A DNA stretch of 64,000 nucleotides from Octopus vulgaris (Eukaryota): NCBI GenBank assembly GCA_951406725.2, contig OX597819.1, forward strand, positions 129,270,001 to 129,334,000, in the 5' to 3' direction. Position numbers and translations under genes: made by a program. Position 1 is the first letter of the stretch; the number at the start of each line of letters is the position of its first letter. Below the pieces are notes generated by a model. It had not been told where the DNA came from. It did no database searches and saw only the letters and a list, made by a program, of their open reading frames with translations. Below are positions 1 through 15,026 of this stretch, piece by piece.

Positions 1-168
1 CAATGAACCGAGTGAGAACCGACGCTGGGTTGTTTACGCCCCCTTAACTTAGCGGTTCAACAAAAGAACCCGATAGTATAAGTACCAGACTCTGAAAAAT
101 AAGTACTGGGATCGATTAAATCCATCGATGCGGTGCCCCAGCGTGGCTGCAGTCCAATGACTAAAACA
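1..168 (+). mobile_element. SINE family C 3' half (window edge)
   Basis: tgtttacgcccccttaacttagcggttc...gcggtgccccagcgtggctgcagtccaatgactaaaaca. Confidence 0.7.
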
Positions 169-214
169 ATGTGTGTGTGTGTGTGTGTTTGCATGTATAC
201 ATACACACACATAC

Positions 215-245
<31 letters not shown>

Positions 246-310
246 TGTATGTATGTATGTATGTATGTATGTGTGTGTATGTATGTAATGTATGTATGTA
301 TGTGTGTATG

Positions 311-341
<31 letters not shown>

Positions 342-877
342 TGTATGTATGTATGTATGTATGCATGTATGTATGTATGTATGTATGTATGTATGTATAT
401 GATGGACTCTCCCGTCGGTTTCGACGTATGAGGATCCGCCAACGATTTGCAATAAAGCCCTCAGATCCTGCAATTATAAGGATAACAGGGCAGTGCAGCT
501 AGTATATTTGCGGCCGCTTCTCTCCTTTGCCTTGCACTGCGAAGCCTGTTAATGCTGGTTGCAACAAAGTTTCTCCACGATCTTGAGCCATACAAAAGAG
601 TCGTAAGAATGGCAGCTTTATAAACCTGTACTTTAGTGTCAAGTTTGATTCCCCTTTCATTTCATAGGCGAGAACAGAATTTGCAAAACGGTTGGCGATT
701 TCATCTAGAGAAGCGCCCGAATTCACTTTACTACTTCACATAATTTAGGTTTTTCCTATCAACCTGTATAGAAGTACCAGGAAAATTATGAACCGGTGGC
801 TTCTGCCGGACACCTCAAATTTCTTTAGGAGTAGGGCAAGGTTGGTGGATTACCTCCTTCTTCTTGATACTGATGGT

Positions 878-1245
878 GATGTTGATGTTGAGCGAAGCGG
901 TCTTCTGTTGTGAGAGAAGTCCGAAACGTGGTCCTTTGCTATTCGTAAGACCCGCAGAAGAGAAAGCGGGTCAACCCCCGACACCGAGAGCATCGATGGA
1001 TGGATGAATGCGCATCCAGGCTCAGCGGTTGCGTAGGAAGTCGGGGACAAGAAACAGGAAGAAAGAGTGAGAGAAAGTTGGAGCGAAAGAGTACAACAGG
1101 GGTTGCCACCACCCCCTGCCGGAGCCTCGTGGAGCTTTAGGTGTTTTCGCTCAATAAACACACACAACGCCCGGTCTGGGAATCGAAACCGCGATCCTCC
1201 GACCGCTAGTCCGCTGCCCTAACCATTGGGCCATTGCGCCTCCAC
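878..1245 (-). mobile_element. SINE family A
   Basis: Reverse complement of 4242-4601; 13-bp TSD tgatactgatggt (865-877) / tgatactgttggt (1246-1258). Confidence 0.85.
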
Positions 1246-1258
1246 TGATACTGTTGGT

Positions 1259-1617
1259 CAAATTAAAGGCTTTGCATGCAGTAGAAAACCGGTCTAGAAA
1301 TTGCTGAACTTCCTCTAAGGAGGTCCTTACTAGTGCAGCATCATCTGCAAAAAGTTTGATCACGAATGATACTGGTGCGTAGCAGTGTTCTGGCTTTGAT
1401 ACGCTGATGACTGACCACCACTTGTTCGAAACTGATACCACCTCAGCATGGCTGAAAAGAAGGGTGCAAACAAAACAGGGGGCATAACACAACCTTGCTT
1501 TGTGTCGTTTGTAACGTCGAGGGAAGCCGAAGATTCTTCACCGGACACGACAGCAGTCTTCATTCCTTTATGAAAGATAACATTCAACATCTTGTCAGGT
1601 ATACCAAGCTTTTTCAA
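1259..1617 (-). mobile_element. RTE-clade LINE reverse transcriptase fragment
   Basis: Minus-strand KKLGIPDKM...VTNDTKQGCVMPPVLFAPFFSAML and LFADDAALV...LDRFSTACKAFNL motifs; frameshifted. Confidence 0.82.
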
Positions 1618-1645
1618 AACTTCCTATAGTGCTTGCCGGCTAAAA

Positions 1646-1713
<68 letters not shown>

Positions 1714-3464
1714 TTCTCGTAAAGTATTAGACAACTTGAGACAATGACAGGAATATTTGTCCAAAGTTTCGCCCACTGAGATTGACCATGAAACAACGTG
1801 GCTTCAAAGTGAACTTCTTAATTACATACCTGTGCTGATAACTGTTAGAAAAAGCAGCCAATTATCCTCGGAGTCTAAAAGCAGGAACGAAGGTCACTTC
1901 AAATAACATAGTCCTTGACTGGAATTGTGCTTTAACGAAGATACTGGATGGTCAATAGTTGAATGCCTTTGATCATAGGTCCATGGAATTAAGGCTGAGC
2001 TGAGGGTAATCAGCAGCGCCTGGAATTGAACCAACGAACGATTCAACAAGAGTGCTAGAAATGGTAGCTGTATCTCCATAAAAATACGCCCTGTCGTTAT
2101 AACATGGACATGCACAACTGACATTGTACTCTAACGGACGGTCACAGCTGAAACGCCTTTTAATTTAGATTTGTTCGCCCAATGCTGACTTGGGTCTAAA
2201 AAGGATGAAATAGTACTATACATGAAATCACTTACTAGAAATTGTAAGAACTTCGCCAGAGATAATAAAAAAAATATAATTTAATAAATTTTTTTTTTTC
2301 TGGTTTCGACTCGATATCTGCGGCAATGCTGGGGCACCGATTTTTCACTGTAAACTCTTTATATTCTTTGATTTCAAATTAAAATTTCCATCCCGCCTCA
2401 CGTTGTGAATCGTTACTTCTCTTCGTATAAACCGTCAGCCAAAGAGTGCCATTGTAGTGTGATGTGTGTCGTATAATATGAGGTAACCTCGTGGCTGAGG
2501 TGAATTCATCTTATTCGGTTTACAGTCTCGATAAAAGCACGGATATCGCAAAATTTCAATCACATCCGCTATTAATTGATCTTAATTTGTTATAAAAAGC
2601 TGGCTGCAGCACGGCTGAAGGGTTAAAAAGTTCAATTTGCAATGACAAAGTCTCGGATTTCATTCCATTTGGTGACATCTTGAGCAAGTAATTTTACCAT
2701 GGCTTCGGATTGACCCAAGCTTTGTAAGTGAATTTGGGTCGACGGAAACTGTGTAGAAGCCGTCGCATAAATTTTTGCATGTACTTCAAAAGATTTTCAT
2801 CCATTTCGAATGTACTCAAGCATGACTTCCTGGTACTTGATGAGGGGGGGGGTTATATATTCTGATATACTTCACTGGTTGAGTAGATGACTTATTATCA
2901 GTGCATTCGAGTTCAGATTACGTAGAATTTATTAAGAATTGTTGCATGCGCTGATAAATTAGACTATTAATAATACATGAGGGAGTCTCAACATTGTCAA
3001 TCAATCTGTCAGAAAAAAGGCAACTAAATCCCCTCTAAATCATACATCATCGTCTTTCAAACAAACAAAAAAAAGGAGGACCGCTTATTGGATGTGAGTC
3101 TAACTTACATCATGCTTGAATAAAAGCTGGAACAGCAACAGTTGGTTCACAGCTAAAATTCTTTTGATCAAGATCCCACTGTGAAGGGTTCCCTGTGGCT
3201 AAACAATGACAATAACCTACGAACGCATTACCTACAGGTCACTTTAAACTGCTGTTTATGTTAACCTTTAAGTATTGTATTCGGGTATAGCTTTGGTTAA
3301 AAGTGGTTTATAAATTAATCAATGCGGTAATCCTCATTATCTTGCTTCTGTGTCATAAACAGGAACAATCATTAATTGCTTACATTATTTTCTCCTTGAC
3401 TTTTCCTAATTACTGTCTTTGTCATTTAGCAATTAGCTATGCACAGATCTATATATCTATATCT

Positions 3465-4110
3465 ATTTCTTTACTACCCACAAGGGGCTAAACACAGACA
3501 GGACAAACAAGGACAGACAAACGAATTAAGTCGATTATATCGACCCCAGTGCGTAACTGGTACTTATTTAATCGACTCCGAAAGGATGAAAGGCAAAGTC
3601 GACCTCAGCGGAATTTGATCTCAGAACGTAGCGGCAGACGAAATACCTATTTCTTTATTACCCACAAGGCGCTAAACACAGAGGGGACGAACAAGGACAG
3701 ACAAACGTATTAAGTCGATTATATCGACTCCAGTGCGTAACTGGTACTTATTTAATCGACCCCGAAAGGATGAAAGGCAAAGTCGACCTCGGCGGAATTT
3801 GAACTCAGAACGTAACGGCAGTCGAAATACCGCTAAGCATTTCGCCCGGCGTACTAACGTTTCTGCTAGCCGGCCACTTTAAATGCCTACCCACAAGGCG
3901 CTAAACACAGAGGGGACGAACAAGAACAGACAAACGTATTAAGTCGATTATATCGACTCCAGTGCGTAACTGGTACTTATTTTATCGACCCCGAAAGGAT
4001 GAAAGGCAAAGTCGACCTCGGCGGAATTTGAACTCAGAACGTAACGGCAGTCGAAATACCGCTAAGCATTTCGCCCGGCGTGCTAACGTTTCTGCTAGCC
4101 GGCCACTTTA
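3465..4110 (-). mobile_element. SINE family B dimer plus locally duplicated monomer
   Basis: Junction aaatacctatttc at ~3641; about 3659-3885 recurs at about 3888-4115, including the flank ggccactttaaatgcc. Confidence 0.85.
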
Positions 4111-4241
4111 AATGCCGCTAAGTATTTTGCCAGACCTGCTTACGATTCTGCCTGTTCACCACATTACAATCACTATACATAATTTTAAAAAGAGAAACAG
4201 CACTATATCTCTTCTCTCACTAAATATGAACAGCACCAACT

Positions 4242-4601
4242 GTGGAGGCGCAATGGCCCAATGATTAGGGCAGCGGACTCGCGGTCGGAGGATCGCGGTT
4301 TCGATTCCCAGACCGGGCGTTGTGTGTGTTTATTGAGCAAAAACACCTAAAGCTCCACGAGGCTCCGGCAGGGGGTGGGGTGGCGATCCCTGTTGTACTC
4401 TTTCGCTCCAACTTTCTCTCACTCTTTCTTCCTGTTTCTTGTCCCCGACTTCCTACGCAACCGCTGAGCCTGGATGCGCATTCATCCATCCGTCGATGCT
4501 CTCGGTGTTGGGGGGGTTGACCTGCTTTCTCTTCTGCGGGTCTTACGAATAGCAAAAGGACCACGTTTCGGACTTCTCCCACTGGGACGAAGACCGCTTC
4601 A
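4242..4601 (+). mobile_element. tRNA(Arg-like)-headed SINE, family A
   Basis: A box tggcccaatga, B box ggtttcgattccc, anticodon-loop-like ctcgcgg. 25-bp target-site duplication 4216-4240 / 4602-4626 (2 mismatches). Confidence 0.85.
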
Positions 4602-5155
4602 CTCACTAAACATGAACAGAACCAACCCAAGCCCCTTCAAGGTTGCTACGAACGTTAAACTCCAGCACCACTGAAAAATCTCTCCTGGCGAATGTGCATT
4701 CTCAACGTAGTAAAAACGGGACAAGATCAACCTACGACCTTCTGTTTAGCTATAACTGGAAAACACTTAGTCGTCCTACTTTCTTTGCTTTTAATCTAAT
4801 ACGCAACATTCAGTTTTAAGCATCACTCAATCTAATTCTAATGCAGCATGTAACATGTAGCGTGACTTCGTATAAACATGCATGCACTCAGCATTCTTTG
4901 TAGGTACCCGCATTACTTAATAATAGTATACAGCTTTTATGCAAGCAACTGTAGTTCATGAAGTCTTTATGTGCGCGCGTGAGTGCATTCATGCGTACAT
5001 GCATGTGAGTGTGTGTGTGTGTGTGCGTACATGCGTGCGTGTATGCATACGTGTGCGTGTTCGTATATGTGAACAATGCTTTGTGTATATGTTTGTGCGT
5101 GTGTGAACAATACTTTGAGTGAATTTGGTGAACGGAAATTGTGCGGAAGTCCGTC

Positions 5156-5205
<50 letters not shown>

Positions 5206-5371
5206 GTTTCAGTCATTGGACTGCAGCCATACTGAGGTAGTTTAGTTGAACAAATTGATCTCAGTATTATCTATATATATATAAAATTAATTAAGGATAT
5301 TTATCAATTAAAACCACTGTTCAGTCCTTAATTGGTATATATATATATATGTATGTATGTATATGTATGTA

Positions 5372-5414
<43 letters not shown>

Positions 5415-5426
5415 GTATATGTATGT

Positions 5427-5516
<90 letters not shown>

Positions 5517-5773
5517 TGTATGTATGTATGTATGCAACGGGCTTCTGGACAGCTTCCATTTATCAAATACATTCACAAAGTTTTGGTTGGTTCGGGGCTA
5601 TAGCAGAAAGCAGTTTGCCCAACATGCCGCGCTGTGGGAATGAACCCGTGTGTACGTAGTTCGAAAATGATCTTATTAATCACACAGCTATATACTTGTA
5701 AGTGATGGTGTGTATCTGTACGTGTGCATGTGTATGTGAACGGATAAATGTTTATGCATTTGTGTGTGTGTGG

Positions 5774-5807
<34 letters not shown>

Positions 5808-7009
5808 GAGGAGGTATATTATGTATGTATGTCATATGTACTCATGCATGAGTATTTGTGTGACTCTAACCCTTCGTTGGCTGGCGTTGGTTTGTTTATT
5901 TCGCTGTAACACAGAGAGTAATACAATAATATCAAACTTAAATTAAAATGCTGGAGTCAGTTAGTTCGAGTTAATCGTTCATGATCTCAATATGGCCCCA
6001 GTCCAATGACAGAAAGTAATTATTCAGTTAAAGAGAAAGAGAGTGGAAATGAATATATTTGCCGTTGTAGAGATATGCTAGGTGGGCTGGCGTTTTATCA
6101 TGAGAAAGATACCATTGTATACTTGTATCGGTGAAAGGTCAGGGACGTATAACTAAATGAAATCGAATAATTATAAAAGGAAAGAAAAAACAATGAGAGA
6201 AAGAAGAGAAGGTGAGTGTAGGGTATGGTGATGAGGGTCAATCTTGGAATATTTAAATGATGGAAATGTTTGAAAAATTAATGGATTGTGGGACGAAACG
6301 ATGTGACCCCTAACTGCGGATGATACAGAAAGGTTTTCGACATTACGATGTATTCAGAACAAGAGGTAGTTCCTATTTATGCTTGGGACAAAGTATGTCC
6401 GATGTTTCTTTTACCAAATCCTATATATGGCTGCTGCCGGTAATCCTAATCCAGCAGGACCTATGATAAAAGACATTCCAATCGTGGCTTTCCAAAACGT
6501 ATTTTTCTCTTTTTTCTTTTTTTTTTTTCGTACTTTATAATGCTGATAATGATGATGATGATGCGTATGTATGCATGTATATGTATGTATCTGTGTATGT
6601 GTGTGTATTTGTATGTGTATGCGTGCGTGCGTGCGTGTATGAGGCAGGGCGACATTTGAGTACTTGAATACATAGTATATAGAGTTGCAACTGATAGCTC
6701 AATCATTCTGACAATTCTACCAATCCACCGCTCTGGACTGCTACGGTTTTTTTGTTTTTTTTTCATCAACATTGAAAGGATAAAGAGAGAAGTTGACTTC
6801 AGCGGAATTTGAACTCAGAACGCTTAAACTTGAAACAAGCACAACCAAGCATTCTATCCAACACCCTAACGAACAGGCCAAGTGGCTGTTCCGCAAGTAC
6901 AGAACTTATGTACAGAACCTTGTATATACAATATTGTTCTTGACACAAGAGGTATAGGATTGGAACTAGTGCCGCAATATATACATATATATATATATAT
7001 ATATGTGTG

Positions 7010-7157
7010 ATAAGAAGCTTGCTTCCCAACCACATGGTTCCGGGTTCAGTCCCACTGCGTGGCACTTTGGTCAAATGTTTCCTACTATAGCCTCGGGCCG
7101 ACCAAAACCGTGTGAGTGGATTTGGTAGACGGGAACTGAAAGTGTGTGTGTAGGGAG

Positions 7158-7228
<71 letters not shown>

Positions 7229-7672
7229 GACTGTATTTGTGCCACACCACAGCATGACAACCGATGTTTGTGTGTTTCAATATTTCTTTACTACCCACAA
7301 GGGGCTAAACACAGAGGGGACAAACAAAGACAAACACACGGATTAAGTCGATTATATCGATCTCAGTGCGTAACTGGTACTTACTTTATCGACCCCGATA
7401 AGGATGAAAAGCAAAGTCTACCTCGGCGGAATTTGAACTCAGAACGTAGCGGCCGACGAAATACCGCTAAGCATATCGCCCGGCGTGCTAACGTTTCTAC
7501 CAGCTCGCCACCTTTTGCGTGTTTACGTCACTCTGATTTAGCGGTTCGGCAAAAAGACCAATGCATAGCGAGTTTAAAGAAAAAGAAAAAATTAAGTTGT
7601 GGTGTCGATTCATTCGACTGAAACTTCTTCAAGGCCGCGTCCCGCAGTCTAATGCCTGGAACAAGTAAAACA
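7010..7672 (+). mobile_element. SINE family C with internal (GAAA)n and a nested family B copy (about 7283-7510, minus strand)
   Basis: tRNA-like head ...ccgggttcagtccca, gccgaccaaa...ggatttggtagacgg, and 3' ttagcggttcggcaaaa...ttcgact segments. Confidence 0.75.
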
Positions 7673-8445
7673 AAACATATATATCCATATATATCTCACA
7701 CGTGTTCCCTCTACCGAAAAGGTAATTGCTTTCCACGCTTGCTGATCAATTGTTTTTGTCTCATTTTGTCTCAAAGTTGTAAGACGCCCCTTGTCATTCT
7801 TGTTTTTAACCGTTACTGTTTCCAATTTTGTCTTCGTTTCTTGTATTCATATTCGTCTCTGTTGCGTTTACATTCTTTCCTTCTACCAAGAAATCTAATG
7901 CCCACAGCTTAGTTTTTCCTTGGGGCTGGCCGATTTGGAGCAAATCTCAGAATTAAACAGCCGAAATTTGCCATGATGATTCGGTTTCTGACTGAAGAAT
8001 GAAGGCTTCGAATGACTTGTCTGTTTTCCGTGTTCGTCACTTCGTGTATTTCACGTTCTTTATTCATAAAGTTTTATTCTATATATAAAGATAATGTGTT
8101 TACATGGATCCATTGGATGATGGAAGCAACACTAAAGAGTTCACCTTTGTATATAATTAGTCTAAAGGTTTGACTGTCTTCATCCTTCAGCAAGCCATGC
8201 CGCCCAGGTGGAATCGAGTTCAGCATCTCAGGTGAACGAACGATACAAGTGCAGAGCGATTTATCATTTTACTCTTTTATAATATAATTCCATAGACTAC
8301 TCCTCTGCTTATGCTCACATTTTTATTGTTTTTTTTTGTGGGTTTAAAATTAATATTGTTTATTTATTTATTTATTTATTCATTTATCTATTTATTTGTA
8401 TTATTTATGTTTCTGTTAATACATAACTCTATATAGTTTAATTTC

Positions 8446-8513
<68 letters not shown>

Positions 8514-8601
8514 GCACACATACATAATATATGTCTATAGATATTTCTCTCCTCCCTCTATCTCTCTTCCTTTCCCTCTCTCTCTTTCTCTCTCTACTTA
8601 T

Positions 8602-8721
<120 letters not shown>

Positions 8722-9084
8722 CGCACGTACGCACACCTATTCACTTCCTCTGTTCGTTCTACCTGTCATCGCACTACTAACCGCCACGATTCCTCGCGTT
8801 AATCGATTCTTGAAACTGTCACCTCCCATGTCCCAAACAAACAATAGATTCCAAGAAAGATCAACGTCTTTTTATGCTAATAGCAAGGCTAATTAAAAGT
8901 AACACCCACTCCACGCACTTGGAATAATTATCAATTGTACTACATATCAATTATCTATTTCCATTACCATTCATATCAGACAAGCAGTGAACAATGAATA
9001 AACTAATGCAGGGTGTGCCACCCAATGATGAACACATAATGCATGTTTATGTACATAATATAAATACATGTATAGTTATATATC

Positions 9085-9141
<57 letters not shown>

Positions 9142-9156
9142 CATGCATATATATAT

Positions 9157-9201
9157 ACATACATACATATAAATATATATATGTATGTATATATATATAT
9201 G

Positions 9202-9240
<39 letters not shown>

Positions 9241-9389
9241 CCGAGAAAAAAGCAACAAGAATGGATCGGTAGATTAGTACAATTGTTTCATACTAAAAAC
9301 ATTTAATTTCAAGCTGCAAATTAAATGTTTTTAGTATGAAACAATTGTACTAATCTACCGATCCATTCTTGTTGCTTTTTTCTCGGTTA

Positions 9390-9455
<66 letters not shown>

Positions 9456-9482
9456 CATATATATATTTATATGTATGTATGT
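9157..9482. repeat. Foldback inverted repeat with 75-bp perfect arms
   Basis: 9235-9309 is the exact reverse complement of 9318-9392 (8-nt spacer caagctgc); symmetry continues in the flanking compound microsatellite. Confidence 0.95.
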
Positions 9483-9605
9483 TATAATCACCCCACATAA
9501 TTTTATGGTTAATACCATAAAGAATCTTGATGCATCTAAGTTAAGTACAATATTCATTTGAATTCATTTGAATTCTTTTGAATCTTAATTGTTTTTTGCT
9601 GAAAT

Positions 9606-9745
<140 letters not shown>

Positions 9746-10258
9746 ATACATATATATATATACTTATATATACATATATATATATGTATATATACATATG
9801 TATAATAATATAAATAATATATAAATATATGCATATATACATACCATATATGTTCATACCTACAGCTATATGTATTTATACATACATATATAGGTACAGG
9901 ACACAAAAAAACCTTGAACACAATGAGAAACGAAAACATAAAAACAAAAACATGGAAACGAACTTTTTTTCAAACAACGAAAGAACAGAGTACAAGACAT
10001 ACAACACAATGAATATTCCCCTTCTTTGTTCCTGTTTCGTCTACTCCGCGTTCCGAAGGTAAGGACAAGACGCGACTTCGTTGAAGCAATCCTTCCCGCA
10101 AAGCAAATTAAATAAAATTTGGGATTTTTTGCGGAGGGGTAAAAGTGGTAACAAGAACAGGACAGTGAGAACAATACAAGTAAAAACAGTAAAAGACAGG
10201 ACAAAGAGAATAACACAATAAAAACAAACGATGAGGGTTGTTAAGCCAAGACGATGGA

Positions 10259-10325
<67 letters not shown>

Positions 10326-10537
10326 GGAATAAATCCAAACTTACAGGATAAATTAGATTTAGGATTAAATCCAATTTTATAGTATAAATATATTATATTA
10401 TATTATATTAAATTAGAGATAAAACCACTATTAGGCAAATCAAACAGTGTAAAACATAAGCCAATACATAAAATTAATTTAAAAATATAAAAGTTAAAAT
10501 TTTAAAAATTATTTAAATAATTTAAATTTATAAATTT

Positions 10538-10598
<61 letters not shown>

Positions 10599-10781
10599 TT
10601 TTATATTTATATATTATTTTAATTTAATTATTTATTATTATTTTTTTTTATAAATATCAAAAGTATTAAAAGTTTAATAAAAGTTAAAGAGTATATATAT
10701 ATATATGTGTGTGTGTATGTATGTATGTATATATATATGCATATATATATACATGCATACATATAAATATATATATATATG

Positions 10782-10862
<81 letters not shown>

Positions 10863-10865
10863 AGA

Positions 10866-11153
10866 GCGTCGAACTTACGATCGTGAGGCTGCGTGTTGTG
10901 TTCTTGAGCAAGACACTTTATTTCACGTTGCTCCAGTTTCATTCACCTGTAGAAATGAGTTGCGATGTCACAGGTGCCAAGCTGTATCGGCCCCTTTGCC
11001 TTTCTGTTGGATAACACTGGTGGCGTGGAGAGGGGAGGCCGGTATGCATGGGCGACTGCTGGTCTTCTATAAACAACCTTGCCCGGACTTGTGCCTGAGA
11101 GGGTAAGTTTCTAGGTGCAATCCCATGGTCAGTCATGACCGAAGGGGGTCTCA
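10866..11153 (+). mobile_element. Probable additional SINE (CORE-like head segment, distinct tail)
   Basis: cgtgttgtgttcttgagcaagacacttt...ttgctccagt; GC-richer body between microsatellites; a related minus-strand fragment lies at about 27095-27230. Confidence 0.55.
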
Positions 11154-11428
11154 GCATGCATATATATATGCATGTGCACATACATATACATATATATATG
11201 TATATACATATATATGTATATATACACATATAAGTATATATATATATACATATATATACATATATATATACATATATGTATATACATATGTATATACATA
11301 TACATATACATATATATACACACACACACACATATATATATACATACATGCATACATGCATACATGCATACATGCATGCATACATACATACATACATACA
11401 TACATACATACATACATACATACATACA

Positions 11429-11459
<31 letters not shown>

Positions 11460-12047
11460 GTATATATATGTATGTATCTATTTGCTTGAATAAGGCGTTT
11501 CAAGATATTAGTATCAAAAACGTAACATATACTTGATTCTAAAAAAATCAATGCTAACAAAACACAGCCTACAACATTAACAAGACAGCCCATATAAATA
11601 AATGATGAATAAATAAATTCCAATAAAAACAAAAATGATGCAGCAGAATGCCCATGTTCTCATAATGTTCTTATCAAACAATTTAAATCTTAGGAATTCC
11701 ATTTGTCCTCATTTTTATGATCTTCATAAACTAAACAGTGAGACTTAAATTGTTGTGATACAAAAAAAAAACAATTTTAATCTGTCTTTGAAACAAGGAA
11801 ATGAGATCTAAATGAAAATCTTATTTAATAATTCATGAATCAGCATTAATTAACAGGTATTAATTATTGAATTATCATGTATTAAACGCGCTAATACATA
11901 AGTTTACTTGAGGCTGATCAGATTACTTGTAAATCATATTTTTCGGGACGAACTTTTTTTACATATTTTTGTATCTTTCGTTTTGTATTTCTCCACGGCA
12001 TAATGCGGCAATATACCGAAATTCCCCTTTTCTGTTACTACTACTAC

Positions 12048-12106
<59 letters not shown>

Positions 12107-12110
<4 letters not shown>

Positions 12111-12520
12111 TGGAAGATCCTAGAAGGTCTTGTCCCAAACTTTGGCATCGAGAGTTACACAAATGCCAGAACTGGGCGCCACTGCATAATGCCAAGGACT
12201 CCAAATTTGCCATCAAGTTGTGATAGCCTGGGCTTCAGAGGCTCACAGCTATTCAATATCCTCCCGAAGAACCTAAGAGACCTGCATGGGGTGGATGCAG
12301 ATGTCTTTAAAATATAACTGGATCTCTTCTTGTCAGGTGTCCCAGATGAACCAACTTCACGGCAGGAGGTGCAGATGAGGGCAGCTGCATCGAACTCTCT
12401 CATGCACCAAATGGCAATTGCTAAAAAGCATTCGTGAAGTAAAATCATGTAGCAACACCGAATGGCGGTGCCCCAGCATGGCCACAGCTTGTGAGCTGAA
12501 ACTAGATAAAAATAAAAAAT
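12107..12520 (+). mobile_element. CR1-group LINE 3' fragment (same family as 40257)
   Basis: IWKILEGLVPNFGI...DSLGFRGSQLFNILPKNLRDLHGVD...LDLFLSGVPDEP, then tail ggcggtgccccagcatggccacagc...ctgaaactag. Confidence 0.85.
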
Positions 12521-12545
12521 AAATTTTTAAAAAAAAATATATATA

Positions 12546-13060
12546 TGCACATCGTCTAACCTTATATACTGCATCATACGCCACCTTTATAATCGGGTAA
12601 CAGACTGCCGCCTGGCTTATCGCTTTCGGGAGCACAATCGAAGCATACAGCTATGTATGCCAGGCCAACCCGTTGCTACCCACACCGGCAACACTGGCCT
12701 TTCCTTCACTTACCTATTTATGTATGGCATCGCCGCACATTGTGGATCTGCATTCTCAAAGAAACGGTAGGAACAACGTTTCATACACGAACTTGTCACC
12801 ATCTCATTGATAGATTTAAACGAACGTTTTTCCTTCCGCTTCTACGCCTCCCTTTAGTTCTCATACCTTTTTTCTTAGCCTACAATTTCCCTCTCGCCTC
12901 ATCTTTTCCCTTTATCTCACTCTCTACTTTGCCTGCTTCTCCTCATTCCATTATTCTTTCCTTCTTCCATCTCTCACTATTTCTCCTACCACTTTCTCAC
13001 TTTCTGATCAAGCATGAAGTTCACGTGGTCCAGCGTTCCTCATCAGTTGCAGCCAGGTTT
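12546..13060 (+). mobile_element. Penelope-like retroelement remnant: GIY-YIG endonuclease region plus pyrimidine-rich tail
   Basis: Translates CTSSNLIYCII...RLAYRFREHNRSI...PVATH and, further downstream, KKR*EQRFIHELVTISLIDLNERF, matching the Penelope GIY-YIG pattern (CxSxNxIYCI...RLxxRFxEH...EQxxIxxLxT...LN). Flanked by (TA)n; decayed. Confidence 0.78.
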
Positions 13061-13075
13061 TTAAATGTGTGTGTA

Positions 13076-13137
<62 letters not shown>

Positions 13138-13332
13138 TAAATAAAATAAAACATATGCATATATATAAACATATATGTACGTACCTACATATATATATAT
13201 ATATATATATATATGGACATTTTTTAAACAACAAAAAATCAGGACACAAATTCTTCATATGGTTTCATCACTATATATATATATACACATATATAGAGAC
13301 ACACATATATATATATATATTTCAATGTATGC

Positions 13333-13375
<43 letters not shown>

Positions 13376-14016
13376 TATATATATTAACTGTCCTTTGAAC
13401 ACAACCGTATTTGTAAGTCTAAATACGTCTGCTTCTCGGAGATCTCATGCTTTTTAGCTAGGAACAGAAAAGTTGTGGGATTTTGAACCCTTAGCTGCAA
13501 CAGTATTTGGTTCTTACTCTGAACGGCCGAATTGGACGCTACTGCATAGTATCAAAGTCCCGTCTTCTCTGTCCCGTCAAAGGGCATTAGGGATCTATGA
13601 GGAGCAGATACCGTTGTGTTCAAAGAACATTTAACTCTTTATCTGAGATACTAGATGAACCCCCATTACGGTAAGAAGTGCAAAGAACAGATTCGTCCAA
13701 CTCACTTCTTCACCAGAAATGATTCCGGAGGCAGAGCCAGGAAATGAGTTTAAAATAAACAAGCATTAACGCTAATGGCGGCATCTAATCGAGGCTACCG
13801 CCTCTGGCTGGAACAAATGAAACAAACACACGCACATATAGGAGTGTATGTAAGTGTGTGTATACTCTTATTCTTATATATATGTATATGTCCGCGTATA
13901 TGTATGTCTGTACCTGTGTGTGTGCGTGCGCACGCGTATGTATGTATGTATGTATGTATGTATATGTACATATATATATATATGCACATACATACATCTG
14001 CATATCTATATATATG

Positions 14017-14048
<32 letters not shown>

Positions 14049-14529
14049 TGTATTCATGTATGTATGTATGTATGTATATAGAGAGAGAAAGAGCGAGAGA
14101 GGAGAGAGAGAAAGAGAGATTGAGACAGAGAAAAGAGAGAATTTGAAAAAAGAGAAGGCGCTGCAAGAATTTGTGTGTGTGTGTCTGTGTGTCTGTGTGT
14201 CTGTGTGTGTGTGCGCGCGTGCTGAGTGTGGACGGATATGTGCTTATCTGTGGATGTTTGTAAATGGGGCGCGTTGTAAGTAAGCAAGAGTCGTGTTTGT
14301 TTTAGGAAACAGTTTAAGAACGCATCAACAGGGGTCAGCGCCAGCCACAACGGAAGTTCTTTGACCCAAATATTATATCTAAGCCAACGGGGACTCATCT
14401 ATTATATCGGTTTTGCATTTCGAGATACGCCACTCACTGTTCTTCTTGGAGTTGCCATTGTTGTTGCTGCTTTGTTGTTATCAATGGTGCTGCATCGATT
14501 CAGATCAATCTTATTTCTCCTCCTTACTC

Positions 14530-15026
<497 letters not shown>

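Noticed and set aside
4243-4320. Functional tRNA-Arg gene
   Set aside because: It is the head of a multi-copy SINE with body and TSDs; the acceptor stem is poor.
13001-13056. Hammerhead at the end of the Penelope remnant (CTGATCA on +; CTGATGA...GAAC on -)
   Set aside because: Cores are mutated and stems are unconvincing on both strands.
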